In this document: in pieces, positions 19,889 through 29,443 of the stretch
How the letters are laid out: each line of letters starts with the position of its first letter
How positions within the stretch are numbered: the first letter of the stretch is position 1
Source of the DNA: Candidatus Sungiibacteriota bacterium
GTDB lineage: Bacteria > Patescibacteriota > Minisyncoccia > Sungbacterales > SURF-37
Length of the DNA stretch: 64,000 nt
Assembly (NCBI GenBank): GCA_016186145.1
Contig: JACPMF010000002.1
Span: 18,473 to 82,472, forward strand
Direction of reading: 5' to 3'
Made by a program: the position numbers and the translations under genes
Notes under the pieces: generated by a model
Seen by the model: the letters and a program-made list of their open reading frames with translations, nothing else
The model's database searches: none
Told to the model about the DNA's origin: nothing

Positions 19889-21211
19889 CTAATCGAGAAA
19901 TGACCGCAAGGCTTCTACCAACCGTTCTGTGGCCTTTCCATCAAACCGATAAGCCTGCTCTTCAACAATACGCCTTCGCCCAACTTCCTCTAAACGCGGA
20001 TCCTTCAGATACCGCAGAACGAGAGGATTCAAGGCCTCTCGCGTTTCCGCGAAGCGAACCCCTCCGCTTTTTGTTATGGGAAGATAATAGTCGCATTTAT
20101 AATACCTGCGTATGCTTTCATTAAAAGGCCGCGGGACTTCATCAAAAGCAATAAGGACAACCGGCTTATTGAACGCCGCGGCATCAATCGTAATCGTGGA
20201 ATGGCCTGTTACAACAACATCGCAATAACTAAGTTCCGCGACAAGAGAATCGTCGTCCGCGCGTCCCATCTCATTCAATTTACGATCAATGTTGCCGCGA
20301 GGCGAACCGCGCCCAACCACGTCGAATACAACATTCGCTTTTGTCGCTTTAATTCCATCGAGTGACGCGTAATCGCTTGGCGGAACGCGAATAAGGAGGT
20401 TAACATCAAGCCCGCCGAGCGTTTCCGCCACCGTCTTATCAAGAAGATTATTTTTTATATAGCGATTGCCCACCGGAGCAAAAAGAATGGTTTTCTTCAC
20501 GGAGTCAAGACCCATTCGCCGAAAAAATTCATCGCGCGGCTCAGGCGAAGGCGTAAAGTAGCGATCATAATGCGGAATACCAATGGGCGCGATAATTCGC
20601 TCGGGAACAAAATCAATAACCATGGCCTCTTGTTTTACAATAAGATTCGGTACCACAAGCGTGTCCGGCAAGACACGAATCATGCCCTTGGTCGTCAAAT
20701 TATCCCATGAGCGTATCGCCCCAACAACGGGAACGCGCGCGGCGCGCGCCTCGTGAATCAGGCGGACATCATTCTCATTTTGAATGTCGGTAGAAAAAAC
20801 AAGAGCGGGTGAATACTTTTTTAAAACGCCAGAAAATCGCCCGCGCGGCGTGATTATGCGATCAATCAGGCGAATAACTGCTTGCCCGAGAGAAAAACTT
20901 CCGAACAAACGAACGAACCGGCTTAAAAATCTGCCGGATTCAACCTCGCGAATAATTTCCAACGCGTCGGTATGAACGGCGCTCAATGCCAAATACCGCA
21001 TAATCATGTCGCGCCGATCCATTGCTCGCGGAAATCCATGCACAAAAACTCGTTCGCGCCCGAAATTTTCTTGGAAAAACATTTGCTTGTCGTCAGGAAC
21101 CAAAAGTACTGCCTGCATTTCCGGATCTTCAAGCAGCTTATCCAAAAGCGGCGTCGAAAGAATGTTGCGGGAAATCAACTGGTGGAAACTTGATATTAAA
21201 ATCGTTTTCAT
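19889..21211 (-). CDS. GT-B protein, CDP-glycerol glycerophosphotransferase-like (paralog 1)
   Basis: SWDNLTTK, GIPHYD, STITIDAA..NKP shared with paralogs 2 and 3. Confidence 0.7.
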   Translation of the reverse strand: MKTILISSFHQLISRNILSTPLLDKLLEDPEMQAVLLVPDDKQMFFQENFGRERVFVHGFPRAMDRRDMIMRYLALSAVHTDALEIIREVESGRFLSRFVRLFGSFSLGQAVIRLIDRIITPRGRFSGVLKKYSPALVFSTDIQNENDVRLIHEARAARVPVVGAIRSWDNLTTKGMIRVLPDTLVVPNLIVKQEAMVIDFVPERIIAPIGIPHYDRYFTPSPEPRDEFFRRMGLDSVKKTILFAPVGNRYIKNNLLDKTVAETLGGLDVNLLIRVPPSDYASLDGIKATKANVVFDVVGRGSPRGNIDRKLNEMGRADDDSLVAELSYCDVVVTGHSTITIDAAAFNKPVVLIAFDEVPRPFNESIRRYYKCDYYLPITKSGGVRFAETREALNPLVLRYLKDPRLEEVGRRRIVEEQAYRFDGKATERLVEALRSFLD

Positions 21212-21237
21212 GAGTTCGTTTCCATTTTCTAATTTCT

Positions 21238-22197
21238 TTATTTCTTAGTTTCTATTTTCTTAATTTCTCGCACCACCTTCTCCGCAATAAATTCTTCCGT
21301 CCGCGCCATGGCGTCAAAACTGGCACCGCCGAGGTGCGGGACGATAAGCAAGTTATCGTGGCGCTTCGCATATTCGACAAGCTGATTATTTTTAATGTGG
21401 CCACCTTTAGGATCCTCGCCGGAAAGAACATCTAAAGCCGCGCCGGCAATCCATTTTTTACGCAAAGCTTCAAGTAGCGCCTTTTCGTCTACCAACTCAC
21501 CACGCGCCGTATTGATAAAATACGCATGCGGTCGCATAAGCCGAAAATGTTTTTTTGTTATCATATTTTCCGTCTCCGGCGTCAAAAGCACATGAAGAGA
21601 CACTACGTCTGCTTTTCGAAAAACGTCATCCGTCCGCGCTTTTCTCACACCACTTCGCCGCATAACTGACTCGGAAACAAACGGATCTGCGGCGATAACA
21701 CGCATACCGAAACATCTGGCATACTTTGCAACAATACTCCCAAGCCGCCCGAATCCGATAATGCCAAGCGTCCTGCCATACAGCTCATTGCCATAATATT
21801 TTTCACGCTCCCACCTGCCCCCCCTTACCGCATCAAATCCCCACGGAAGTTTCCTCATAAGCGCGATCATCAAGCCGATCGTCTCCTCTGCGGTGGGAGT
21901 AATAGTTTTCAAAAACTTAGTTTCTCCACGAAGCGATATGATCTTGATATGACGCCGCTTTACTTCATCAAGGTCAATGTGATTAAGGCCTGTCGTCGAG
22001 GTGCCGATGATTTTCAATCCGGGCAGCTCGTCAAGTTTCGCTTTTGAAATTTTTACATTGAGCTTTACTACCAATACATCCGCGCCGCCTAATTTGTCTT
22101 TTCGCCATTCATAAACCTGCCCGATTTTTCGGAATGTTGCAACCGCCTTTTCTGAATACCCTTTTGGCTCCGTAAGGATGATGGTATGTGGTTTCAT
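21238..22197 (-). CDS. D-isomer 2-hydroxyacid dehydrogenase (SerA-like)
   Basis: GIIGFGRLG, INTARGELVD, ALDV, PHLGG. Confidence 0.9.
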   Translation of the reverse strand: MKPHTIILTEPKGYSEKAVATFRKIGQVYEWRKDKLGGADVLVVKLNVKISKAKLDELPGLKIIGTSTTGLNHIDLDEVKRRHIKIISLRGETKFLKTITPTAEETIGLMIALMRKLPWGFDAVRGGRWEREKYYGNELYGRTLGIIGFGRLGSIVAKYARCFGMRVIAADPFVSESVMRRSGVRKARTDDVFRKADVVSLHVLLTPETENMITKKHFRLMRPHAYFINTARGELVDEKALLEALRKKWIAGAALDVLSGEDPKGGHIKNNQLVEYAKRHDNLLIVPHLGGASFDAMARTEEFIAEKVVREIKKIETKK

Positions 22198-22198
22198 T

Positions 22199-23206
22199 TT
22201 AATTAATTTTGAATAAATTCTTTACCCGATAAGGCACGAGCTCGTCCCACCTGCTGTAGCGAAATACGTAATTCACCTTTAGCCGCCAGGGAGCAAGCGC
22301 CGATTTGATTTTTACATAAGCCGCCGGGTCGATAGCGCCGGAAATGTCAGAAAACGGCTCACGGCTAGTTTTTTCAGCTACAACCCTTATCTGGAACCCG
22401 GGAAGCCCGCGCTTCTGCCTTTTACGAATGTCGGGGATTTGTAAATGTTCGTCGTCCAGAAAAGCAATTGGTTTAAAACCGGCGGCTTCTACATACTCCC
22501 GCACCGTCTCGGGCGTAAACATAAAAATATGATCAATTTGGATGGAATTAGCGACACGGCCTGAACGCCTTGCTTGTTGTCTGAAATTTTTGACTTCCAA
22601 AATAAGACGCCCGCCGGGCTTAAGACGATGCCAGGCCCAAATTAAGAAGTACCTGGGACTCAAAAAATGATTCAGCGACTGGGTAGAAAGAACGCAATCC
22701 GCCTCTGGAATTTTAATGCCCTTTCTTTCCACATCCTCTATAAGCGTTGCGTGAGTTGAAATGCCTTGACTTCTCGCGTATTCAGCTTCAGCCTCCGACG
22801 GCTCTATGCCGAGAACATCCAACCTATCAAAAACCTTTTTTATGCCGGCAAGAGTACCGCCGGTGCTTGAACCGATGTCAACCAAAAAACCTTTCGCGGG
22901 GAAATAAGACTTTAACTCTTCCGCAAGAGCAAACCCGTGCTTCTGTTGGCGATCAAACCTCGCGGCAAGACTTTCTTCCTCACCACCGCCAAGTACGCGA
23001 TATTCTTCTTGATAAAATTTATCATACCACTCTCTAGTCATACGGGGTGAAATAAAAATCAACCCGCAGCCACGGCAAATCACGGCCCGAGCCCGGCTTT
23101 CTCGGGAAAAACCAAGCACCTCTTGATCTTTGCTGCCGCAAAGATCGCACGAGATATCTTCGTACTTTGCGAGGTCGTATGAAAATGAATGGTGATGAGA
23201 ATGCAT
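22199..23206 (-). CDS. Class I SAM methyltransferase with N-terminal CxxC motifs
   Basis: CDLC...CRGC, DIGSSTG, GIEPS, LKPGG. Confidence 0.85.
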   Translation of the reverse strand: MHSHHHSFSYDLAKYEDISCDLCGSKDQEVLGFSRESRARAVICRGCGLIFISPRMTREWYDKFYQEEYRVLGGGEEESLAARFDRQQKHGFALAEELKSYFPAKGFLVDIGSSTGGTLAGIKKVFDRLDVLGIEPSEAEAEYARSQGISTHATLIEDVERKGIKIPEADCVLSTQSLNHFLSPRYFLIWAWHRLKPGGRLILEVKNFRQQARRSGRVANSIQIDHIFMFTPETVREYVEAAGFKPIAFLDDEHLQIPDIRKRQKRGLPGFQIRVVAEKTSREPFSDISGAIDPAAYVKIKSALAPWRLKVNYVFRYSRWDELVPYRVKNLFKIN

Positions 23207-23246
23207 AAGGTAAGAAATTAAAAAAAAGTTTGCCAATTATCGTAAC

Positions 23247-24581
23247 TTAATTTCTAAATTTCTCTAATAGGAATTCGCCAAGTCTTTTTCCGGCTTTCCG
23301 GTCAAACGTTCCATAATATTCCTTTACTATTTTCCCGCGCCCCTCCTCATCAAGATTTGGTTCGCGAAGATAGCGCAAAGCCCAATGTTTTAATTCCTCG
23401 GGGCTTTTAACCAGCCGCACACCCCCGCTTTCCAACGCAAACTTATGGTGATCATAATCGTAATACTGGCCGATACTTTTATGATACGCCCTGGGGGAAG
23501 CGTCAAAACCGATAAGAATAGTCGGTTTATTAAATATCGCGGCGTCCACAATCATTGTAGAGGCCCATGTAATAACTATATCACTTGCGTTTAAACAATT
23601 TGCCAGATGCCGGTCCGCCTCTTTTGTCATGTGCGCTTCCGTAAAATTGGGATACATCCCCGGATTATCGAAAACAACATTCTTGGGAGGAACATATTCA
23701 CCAAGTTCATCTCGTCCGACTACCGGAAGGCGGACAAAAACATTGACATCCAGATCTTTCAACGACTCAAGCACTATTGGCGTAATCGGATTTTTTTCCA
23801 AATATTTGTCGCCGGGGGTTGCGAAAAGAATGACCTTTTTTTGCGGGTCAATATTGTTGACCTTTAAAAATTGGCTGCGCGGGGTGCATTCGGAGCTTAC
23901 ATATCGGTCATAATGCGGTATGCCCACGGCAAATACACGATCCCGCGGCATATCGCCAAGGCGCGACACTTCATCCTTTACTCGCTCCGAATTAACCACC
24001 ATATAATCAGGAATGTGGCTTAACAAAGTTTTTGACGTAACGTTATCCCATGAACGCACCATACCAATCGCTGTCACGCCTTTACGTTTTGCCGCACGCA
24101 TCATTTTTACGTCTTGCAAGGTATAGACGTCCGCCGCAAAAAGCAAATCCGGAGAATATCTTTCAAAAAATAAATCAAAATCGACTCCGGTAACAATCTT
24201 GTCCGCAAGAAATCGGTACAAATTGCGCACAAAACGAAAACGTCCCAAGTTGGCCGCGAAAATGGAAAATAGATAATCAAATGCGTTGCGATCGCGGGCA
24301 AACTTTGACCAGCGCTGAATGCTTCTTGTCCTAGTATGAAGCAAATTCGTCGCCCAAACCCACGCCCACCGCTCATTCCATTTTTCCCGTTCCGGAGACA
24401 CCGGGATTCCTTCCACAAGAACATTCGGGCCGCCAAATTCCTTTTGGAGCGTTTCCCTGCGCTTCTCCGGAGCAAAAATAATTACACGGACATCTCCGTT
24501 GGCAAGCGTCGTAAATGCCTCGGTGGATAAAATATTTCTTGAGACAAACCCTTGGAAACAAGTTATAAAGATGGTCTTCAT
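23247..24581 (-). CDS. GT-B protein, CDP-glycerol glycerophosphotransferase-like (paralog 2)
   Basis: SWDNVTSK, GIPHYD, STMIVDAA. Confidence 0.7.
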   Translation of the reverse strand: MKTIFITCFQGFVSRNILSTEAFTTLANGDVRVIIFAPEKRRETLQKEFGGPNVLVEGIPVSPEREKWNERWAWVWATNLLHTRTRSIQRWSKFARDRNAFDYLFSIFAANLGRFRFVRNLYRFLADKIVTGVDFDLFFERYSPDLLFAADVYTLQDVKMMRAAKRKGVTAIGMVRSWDNVTSKTLLSHIPDYMVVNSERVKDEVSRLGDMPRDRVFAVGIPHYDRYVSSECTPRSQFLKVNNIDPQKKVILFATPGDKYLEKNPITPIVLESLKDLDVNVFVRLPVVGRDELGEYVPPKNVVFDNPGMYPNFTEAHMTKEADRHLANCLNASDIVITWASTMIVDAAIFNKPTILIGFDASPRAYHKSIGQYYDYDHHKFALESGGVRLVKSPEELKHWALRYLREPNLDEEGRGKIVKEYYGTFDRKAGKRLGEFLLEKFRN

Positions 24582-25002
24582 TTATAATGCTGAATGCTAA
24601 ATGATAAATGCTGAAACCGTTTATTGCTTCGCATTTAAGATGATTCTCGATAAAATTTTAATAATCTGCTCGTTTTCATCAATCAACTTCTCAAATTCTG
24701 TCTCTAAAACAAAACCAAGATCAAATGAAAATCGAATCCAGAATTTTGTTTCAACAGCAGATTTCTTTGCAACAGACACAAACTGAATAAAATCTTTCCT
24801 CGAAACACCAGCGCTGCCTTCAAAAAGATTCGCCGGTATAGAAGTAACCGAGCGAATTAATTGTGAGCTTACGGCAAACCCTTCAGAATTCTTTGGAAAT
24901 TTTCTTACCAGCCTTACGATATCTAGCGCAAAACGATATCCCCGCTCTTGTATATTTTCACCTTTGTTAATCATCAGATATTCAGCATTCAGCATTTATA
25001 AT
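24579..25002. mobile_element. Four-helix-bundle cassette with inverted AATGCTG arrays and a 10-bp direct repeat
   Basis: CATTTATAAT at 24579-24588 and 24993-25002; GCTGAATGCTAAAT / ATTCAGCATTCAGC inverted, 13/14. Confidence 0.75.
24621..24995 (-). CDS. Four helix bundle protein (23S rRNA IVP-like family)
   Basis: QLIRSVTSIPANLFEG, SRKDF, AKKSAVETKFW. Confidence 0.88.
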   Translation of the reverse strand: MLNAEYLMINKGENIQERGYRFALDIVRLVRKFPKNSEGFAVSSQLIRSVTSIPANLFEGSAGVSRKDFIQFVSVAKKSAVETKFWIRFSFDLGFVLETEFEKLIDENEQIIKILSRIILNAKQ

Positions 25003-26367
25003 TTAGCATTCGAGTATTACATTTGCTACGCGCTCGCCCGATTTGCCGTCAAGACGCCAGCATTGTTCTTCCACAAAACGCCTTCTTTGTTCTCTATCAA
25101 GCAAGGGGTCGCGTAAGTATGCATTAATGACGTCGACCAGTTCTTGCCGGCTTCCGGCAAGGCGTATGCCGCGCGCGCGCAATACCTTTCTGAAATGGTC
25201 GGTTTTATAACGCTGTATGGGCGAACGGGCAAGCCGGGAACTTTTTTTGACTTCAAAATTAACGCCGACGGATGGTTTGTCAAAAACAGCGGCATCCACA
25301 ATAATGCTTGCCGAATAACCGACCACGACCGAAGTGTTGGCAAGCAAATTGGTCATGCGCCGCAACTCGTCAAAATCCATATCCCAATCTTCGCTCCGCT
25401 TCGTGCCGAAACGAACACCCGGTAAATCATACTTCAGCCATGGCCGTTTTTTAACTTCTTGTTCATCAAGAAAGTCATTCGGCGGAAACCGAACAAGCAA
25501 TTCGGCATCTTTAATCTCACCGCCGGATATAACTTCGTGAAGAAGATCAATTACCTCCCAGTCTGAATCGGAAAAGGTAACTCCGACCGGCGCATAAAGA
25601 ATCAGGTGCTTCTTGGCATCAAGGCCGTTTTCTTTGAAAAACTTTTCACGCGAGCCAGGCTTGTCGGTTATATATTGGTCGTATTGCGGAATGCCGCATG
25701 CGGCAACGCGTTCCTCCGCCATGTCCGCGTGCTCTACCGCTTCCTGCTTTAAAATCTGATTAAACACAATGAGTTTGTCCGGTAAAAGCCGCACGGAAGA
25801 CCGAGCGGTAAGCTTATCCCAAGAGTTTACATAGCCGACGGTAACGATACCTCGCCGCTTTGATTCACGAAGCAGCGCTGTCTCCCCATCGTCAAAAAGA
25901 TTCGTCACAACCACAGCATCCGGACGGTATTTTTCAAGAACGGAACCGAAACCGGAATCCCCAACCAAATGGTAGTCGACAAACCTAAGCGCTTGCCGTA
26001 CCACTTTCCGGGCTATTACCCAATTAAAAAGCAAACTCGAAACATACCTTGAGTAATTTCTGTGAGAATCGTAAGACATTTTGTGGCGCAAGTCGGTGGT
26101 CGCCGTCTTTATCAGGCGGAATTTCAAAAAACTGAACATGCGCTCCAGCGCTCCGCCGGGAATCCTATAAAAAGCATCGTAGGCCAGCCGTTCGTGAGGA
26201 ATCTCTTGTTGGTACAGCAAGACCCTGTCAGGAAATCTCATAAGGCAAACAATGCGAACATCCTTCTCCTTCAACAAGGCATTGAGAACGCCGGTACGCA
26301 AGATATTCTTTGCGGCAGCGCCGTGAAAAATTGTGAGAAGAATCGTTTTCATCTGCTGGTTATGCAT
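25003..26367 (-). CDS. GT-B protein, CDP-glycerol glycerophosphotransferase-like (paralog 3)
   Basis: SWDKLTAR, GIPQYD, SIIVDAA..DKP. Confidence 0.7.
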   Translation of the reverse strand: MHNQQMKTILLTIFHGAAAKNILRTGVLNALLKEKDVRIVCLMRFPDRVLLYQQEIPHERLAYDAFYRIPGGALERMFSFLKFRLIKTATTDLRHKMSYDSHRNYSRYVSSLLFNWVIARKVVRQALRFVDYHLVGDSGFGSVLEKYRPDAVVVTNLFDDGETALLRESKRRGIVTVGYVNSWDKLTARSSVRLLPDKLIVFNQILKQEAVEHADMAEERVAACGIPQYDQYITDKPGSREKFFKENGLDAKKHLILYAPVGVTFSDSDWEVIDLLHEVISGGEIKDAELLVRFPPNDFLDEQEVKKRPWLKYDLPGVRFGTKRSEDWDMDFDELRRMTNLLANTSVVVGYSASIIVDAAVFDKPSVGVNFEVKKSSRLARSPIQRYKTDHFRKVLRARGIRLAGSRQELVDVINAYLRDPLLDREQRRRFVEEQCWRLDGKSGERVANVILEC

Positions 26368-26378
26368 GAAGTTCGTAA

Positions 26379-27326
26379 TTATCTAAAATATTCCTTGTAC
26401 CATTCAACTGTTTGGCGAAGGCCTTCCTCCAAAGAGACGCTCGGGGCAAATCCCAAAACTTTCTTTGCCCTTCGTATGTCCAAACACATGCGGTTGACCT
26501 CGCCTTTCTTTGCGGGTTTTTGAAACAATTCTGCCTTAGGTTTTCCGAGGAGTTTTTTAATAATCGAATGTATCTCTCCAAGAGACGCCTCCTGTCCCGA
26601 ACCGATATTAAAAACCGGCTCACTGCCCCTGATGCTCTTTTCAAAAGCCAAAAGATTGGCCCTTACTGCGTCAGACACAAAAACGCAATCTCTTGTTTTC
26701 TTGCCATAGGTATCAGATGGCTCATTCCCAATAATCTGGCGTATAAAATACGGGATTACCCCGGTCTTCCGGCGGGGCCCATAAACGTTGGCATATCGGA
26801 GCGAAACATACGGTAAGCCGTACTGTGCGTTAAAAAACTTAAGGTAATTTTCGCAAGCAAATTTAGAAATTGCGTAAGAATTAGTAAATTGCGGCGGCTC
26901 CGTCTCCGGCGTCGGGATTCGCCTTGTATTCCCGTAAATAAACCCGGAAGAAGCGTGCAGTATTTTTTTTACTCCAAAGCGCACTGCGTTCTCAAGGATA
27001 TTGATGATAATAAAAATACTCTCGGCATCGCGGAGAGGTTCCCGTATGGCAAGCGGTATATCGGTTAATGCCGCAAAATTCATCACAAAATCGGGCCTTT
27101 CTCTTCTAAATACTTCCCCGATATCGCCTGGCGAGGCCGCGTTTGCCCGATAAAACTTAGCTTTCGGATTAATAAAGCTTCCCCCTCTTTTGGATTCTTT
27201 GAAAGCGCTCTTGCCTATGATAACGACTCGCGCGTCACGCCGAAGAAGCTCATCGACAGTATGTGAACCAATGAAACCGGCGCCACCAACCACCACAACT
27301 TTCTTGTTTTTCCAAAAAGTTCCCAT
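26379..27326 (-). CDS. NAD-dependent epimerase/dehydratase
   Basis: GGAGFIG, YAISK, LRYANVYGP. Confidence 0.88.
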   Translation of the reverse strand: MGTFWKNKKVVVVGGAGFIGSHTVDELLRRDARVVIIGKSAFKESKRGGSFINPKAKFYRANAASPGDIGEVFRRERPDFVMNFAALTDIPLAIREPLRDAESIFIIINILENAVRFGVKKILHASSGFIYGNTRRIPTPETEPPQFTNSYAISKFACENYLKFFNAQYGLPYVSLRYANVYGPRRKTGVIPYFIRQIIGNEPSDTYGKKTRDCVFVSDAVRANLLAFEKSIRGSEPVFNIGSGQEASLGEIHSIIKKLLGKPKAELFQKPAKKGEVNRMCLDIRRAKKVLGFAPSVSLEEGLRQTVEWYKEYFR

Positions 27327-27329
27327 ATG

Positions 27330-28457
27330 CTACAAAATTTTATCGATACTCTCCGCTATGTATCGGGATCGGGCAACGCCGGTATGTCCCGCCTTTACAT
27401 TCCCGGCCCAGTTATTTGCGATGCGGACTCTTTTGTCATCATTCGAAAGATAATATTTTATTTTCTCAATAAGTTCGTTACTGTTGATCAAATGATATTT
27501 CCCATCGCGAAATTCTGTTTCATAAAGTACGGCATTAACCCCGTCCTCGAGAAACGGGCCAACAACTTCCATATAAGGCTTTGGGGCAAGAAGAAGGGCC
27601 TGGGGTGCGAGCCCAACCTCGCAGTGCCGGAAAGAGTCCCAAACAACCCCTGACGGAGAGAGCGCGATTTTTGCGCGCGACAAGTTGTCTAAATAACTTC
27701 GAAGCGACAAAAAGGTATGGTGATCTACGTGCTCAAAAACGACTGAACTGGGAAATTGATTCTTAACCAAGTCAACGATATCTCCGCGGTCTCCCGTGCC
27801 TTTCTGCCTTATTTTCCCGCTATAGAAAATATCGACATCCTTGGACAAAACGTTAAAACGATAACTTTCCGGACGCACCGGCACGGGCGCAAGAGGAAGA
27901 ACGACATCGCTTCGCCGACCGAGCGGCAAATCTTTTTTGAAGTAAAGATCATAATCATTTCCCCTTTTGAATCCTCGGCAAATTTCTTCATCAGCGGCCT
28001 GTCCCGCGAAAACCGAATAATGGTCCTTGAAATCAATCATTGCCACAGGAATGCCGTTCTTCTTTGCCAACTGCCCAGCGAGTTCTCTCCGCTTCTTGGA
28101 GCTGCGAGTTGATATCAGAACCGCATCTGCTTCTTTTATGACGCCCTCCAACTCTTTTTCCGGAACATAAGTTGAACGAGGAATGCCGTGACAAGAGGGA
28201 TACGCGCATCCGGCAGGAACTTTTGGGGAGTAAAAATGCGGAAGATATTTGCCGAACACGTAAACATTGCTCTCTCCCAAAAATGCGGGCATGTCGGCAT
28301 AAAACTGGAGCTCGCCATCGTAAACGGAAGTATCTTGCCATAACCTGCGCTTAAAATATTTGGCAGACCGTGCAAAAAAAGCAGCCACTGGTTGGGATGG
28401 CTCTTTTTCAATAATCGGATCAGGCGGCACAATAATAATTTTTTTCAGCTTCTCCAT
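27330..28457 (-). CDS. Putative glycosyltransferase (GT-B-like C-terminal domain)
   Basis: YLDNLSRAKIALSPSG..DSFRHCE, LIEKIKYYL; operon context. Confidence 0.6.
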   Translation of the reverse strand: MEKLKKIIIVPPDPIIEKEPSQPVAAFFARSAKYFKRRLWQDTSVYDGELQFYADMPAFLGESNVYVFGKYLPHFYSPKVPAGCAYPSCHGIPRSTYVPEKELEGVIKEADAVLISTRSSKKRRELAGQLAKKNGIPVAMIDFKDHYSVFAGQAADEEICRGFKRGNDYDLYFKKDLPLGRRSDVVLPLAPVPVRPESYRFNVLSKDVDIFYSGKIRQKGTGDRGDIVDLVKNQFPSSVVFEHVDHHTFLSLRSYLDNLSRAKIALSPSGVVWDSFRHCEVGLAPQALLLAPKPYMEVVGPFLEDGVNAVLYETEFRDGKYHLINSNELIEKIKYYLSNDDKRVRIANNWAGNVKAGHTGVARSRYIAESIDKIL

Positions 28458-29443
28458 CAGGATTCTTCGTTTTTAATCTTATTCCGCCAATAATCAAGAA
28501 GATACGCAATGCTTTCCTCAACGCTGTATTTCGGTTTCCACCCCGTTTTTTCAAAAAACTTACTGGTATCAGGAATTTGAAAAGAGATATCGGCCGGCCT
28601 GAGCAGCGACGGTTCAAGCCGGAGAGGTATTGGCTTTTTGGCTATCGCCGTCAAACGCTTTAAAAATTCACCGACACTCATCACCGCTGTCCCCCCTATG
28701 TTATATACATCGCCGGGGTCGCAATACAAAAGCGCTTCCCAATACGCCCGCATTCCGTCGCGGACATCAAGAATAGCCCGGATGGAATCAAGATTGCCGT
28801 GCGCCACTTCAGACTGCAGACCCGCCTCAACGCGGGCAACCTGACGGGCAAAAGCCGTAGCGAATAAATCGGCCCTTTTTGGGTTTATATAAGTAAACAT
28901 CCTTGTTCGGATTATTGGCAGTTGATATGCAACATAATACACCCGCGCCAGAAGATCTTGGGTAACTTTTGAAACGGCATAGGGGCTTGCCGGACGAAGT
29001 GCGGCTTCCTCCGTAATTGGCGTGTCTTTTTGATCTACCTGCCCGTATACTTCCCCGGTGCTGCACTGCTGAATGAGCGGCTTAATGCCAAGAATACGAA
29101 CGGCTTCGAATAAATTCGATGTCCCGATAATATTATTTGCCAGCACCATTCCCGGCGTAACGAACGAAGCGCGAACGTTGGCATGACTTGCAAGATGGAA
29201 GATACCGTCGGGATTTACTTCCTTCAGCACGGCAAAGGTTGATGCGAAATCCGTAAGATCGGCTTCATGGACTTTTACCCGGCTCGCTACGGCCGAAAGA
29301 TTGTCCCTTGCGGTGCTGTGCCAACGCGCAATACCGTGCACCTCCACTTCGGGATAATTTTCAACGATATATTCGGCAAGATAGCTGCCCCCCGAACCGC
29401 CAATTCCCGTAATTAATATTTTTTTGAATTTCCGCGGCATCAT
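28457..29443 (-). CDS. GDP-mannose 4,6-dehydratase / GDP-6-deoxyhexose reductase-like extended SDR
   Basis: ITGIGGSGGSYLAE, PASPYAVSK, GNLDS.R, LRPAD. Confidence 0.82.
   Translation of the reverse strand: MMPRKFKKILITGIGGSGGSYLAEYIVENYPEVEVHGIARWHSTARDNLSAVASRVKVHEADLTDFASTFAVLKEVNPDGIFHLASHANVRASFVTPGMVLANNIIGTSNLFEAVRILGIKPLIQQCSTGEVYGQVDQKDTPITEEAALRPASPYAVSKVTQDLLARVYYVAYQLPIIRTRMFTYINPKRADLFATAFARQVARVEAGLQSEVAHGNLDSIRAILDVRDGMRAYWEALLYCDPGDVYNIGGTAVMSVGEFLKRLTAIAKKPIPLRLEPSLLRPADISFQIPDTSKFFEKTGWKPKYSVEESIAYLLDYWRNKIKNEES

Noticed and set aside
24621-24995. DGR accessory (Avd) gene
   Set aside because: No reverse transcriptase or TR/VR pair is visible in the window.
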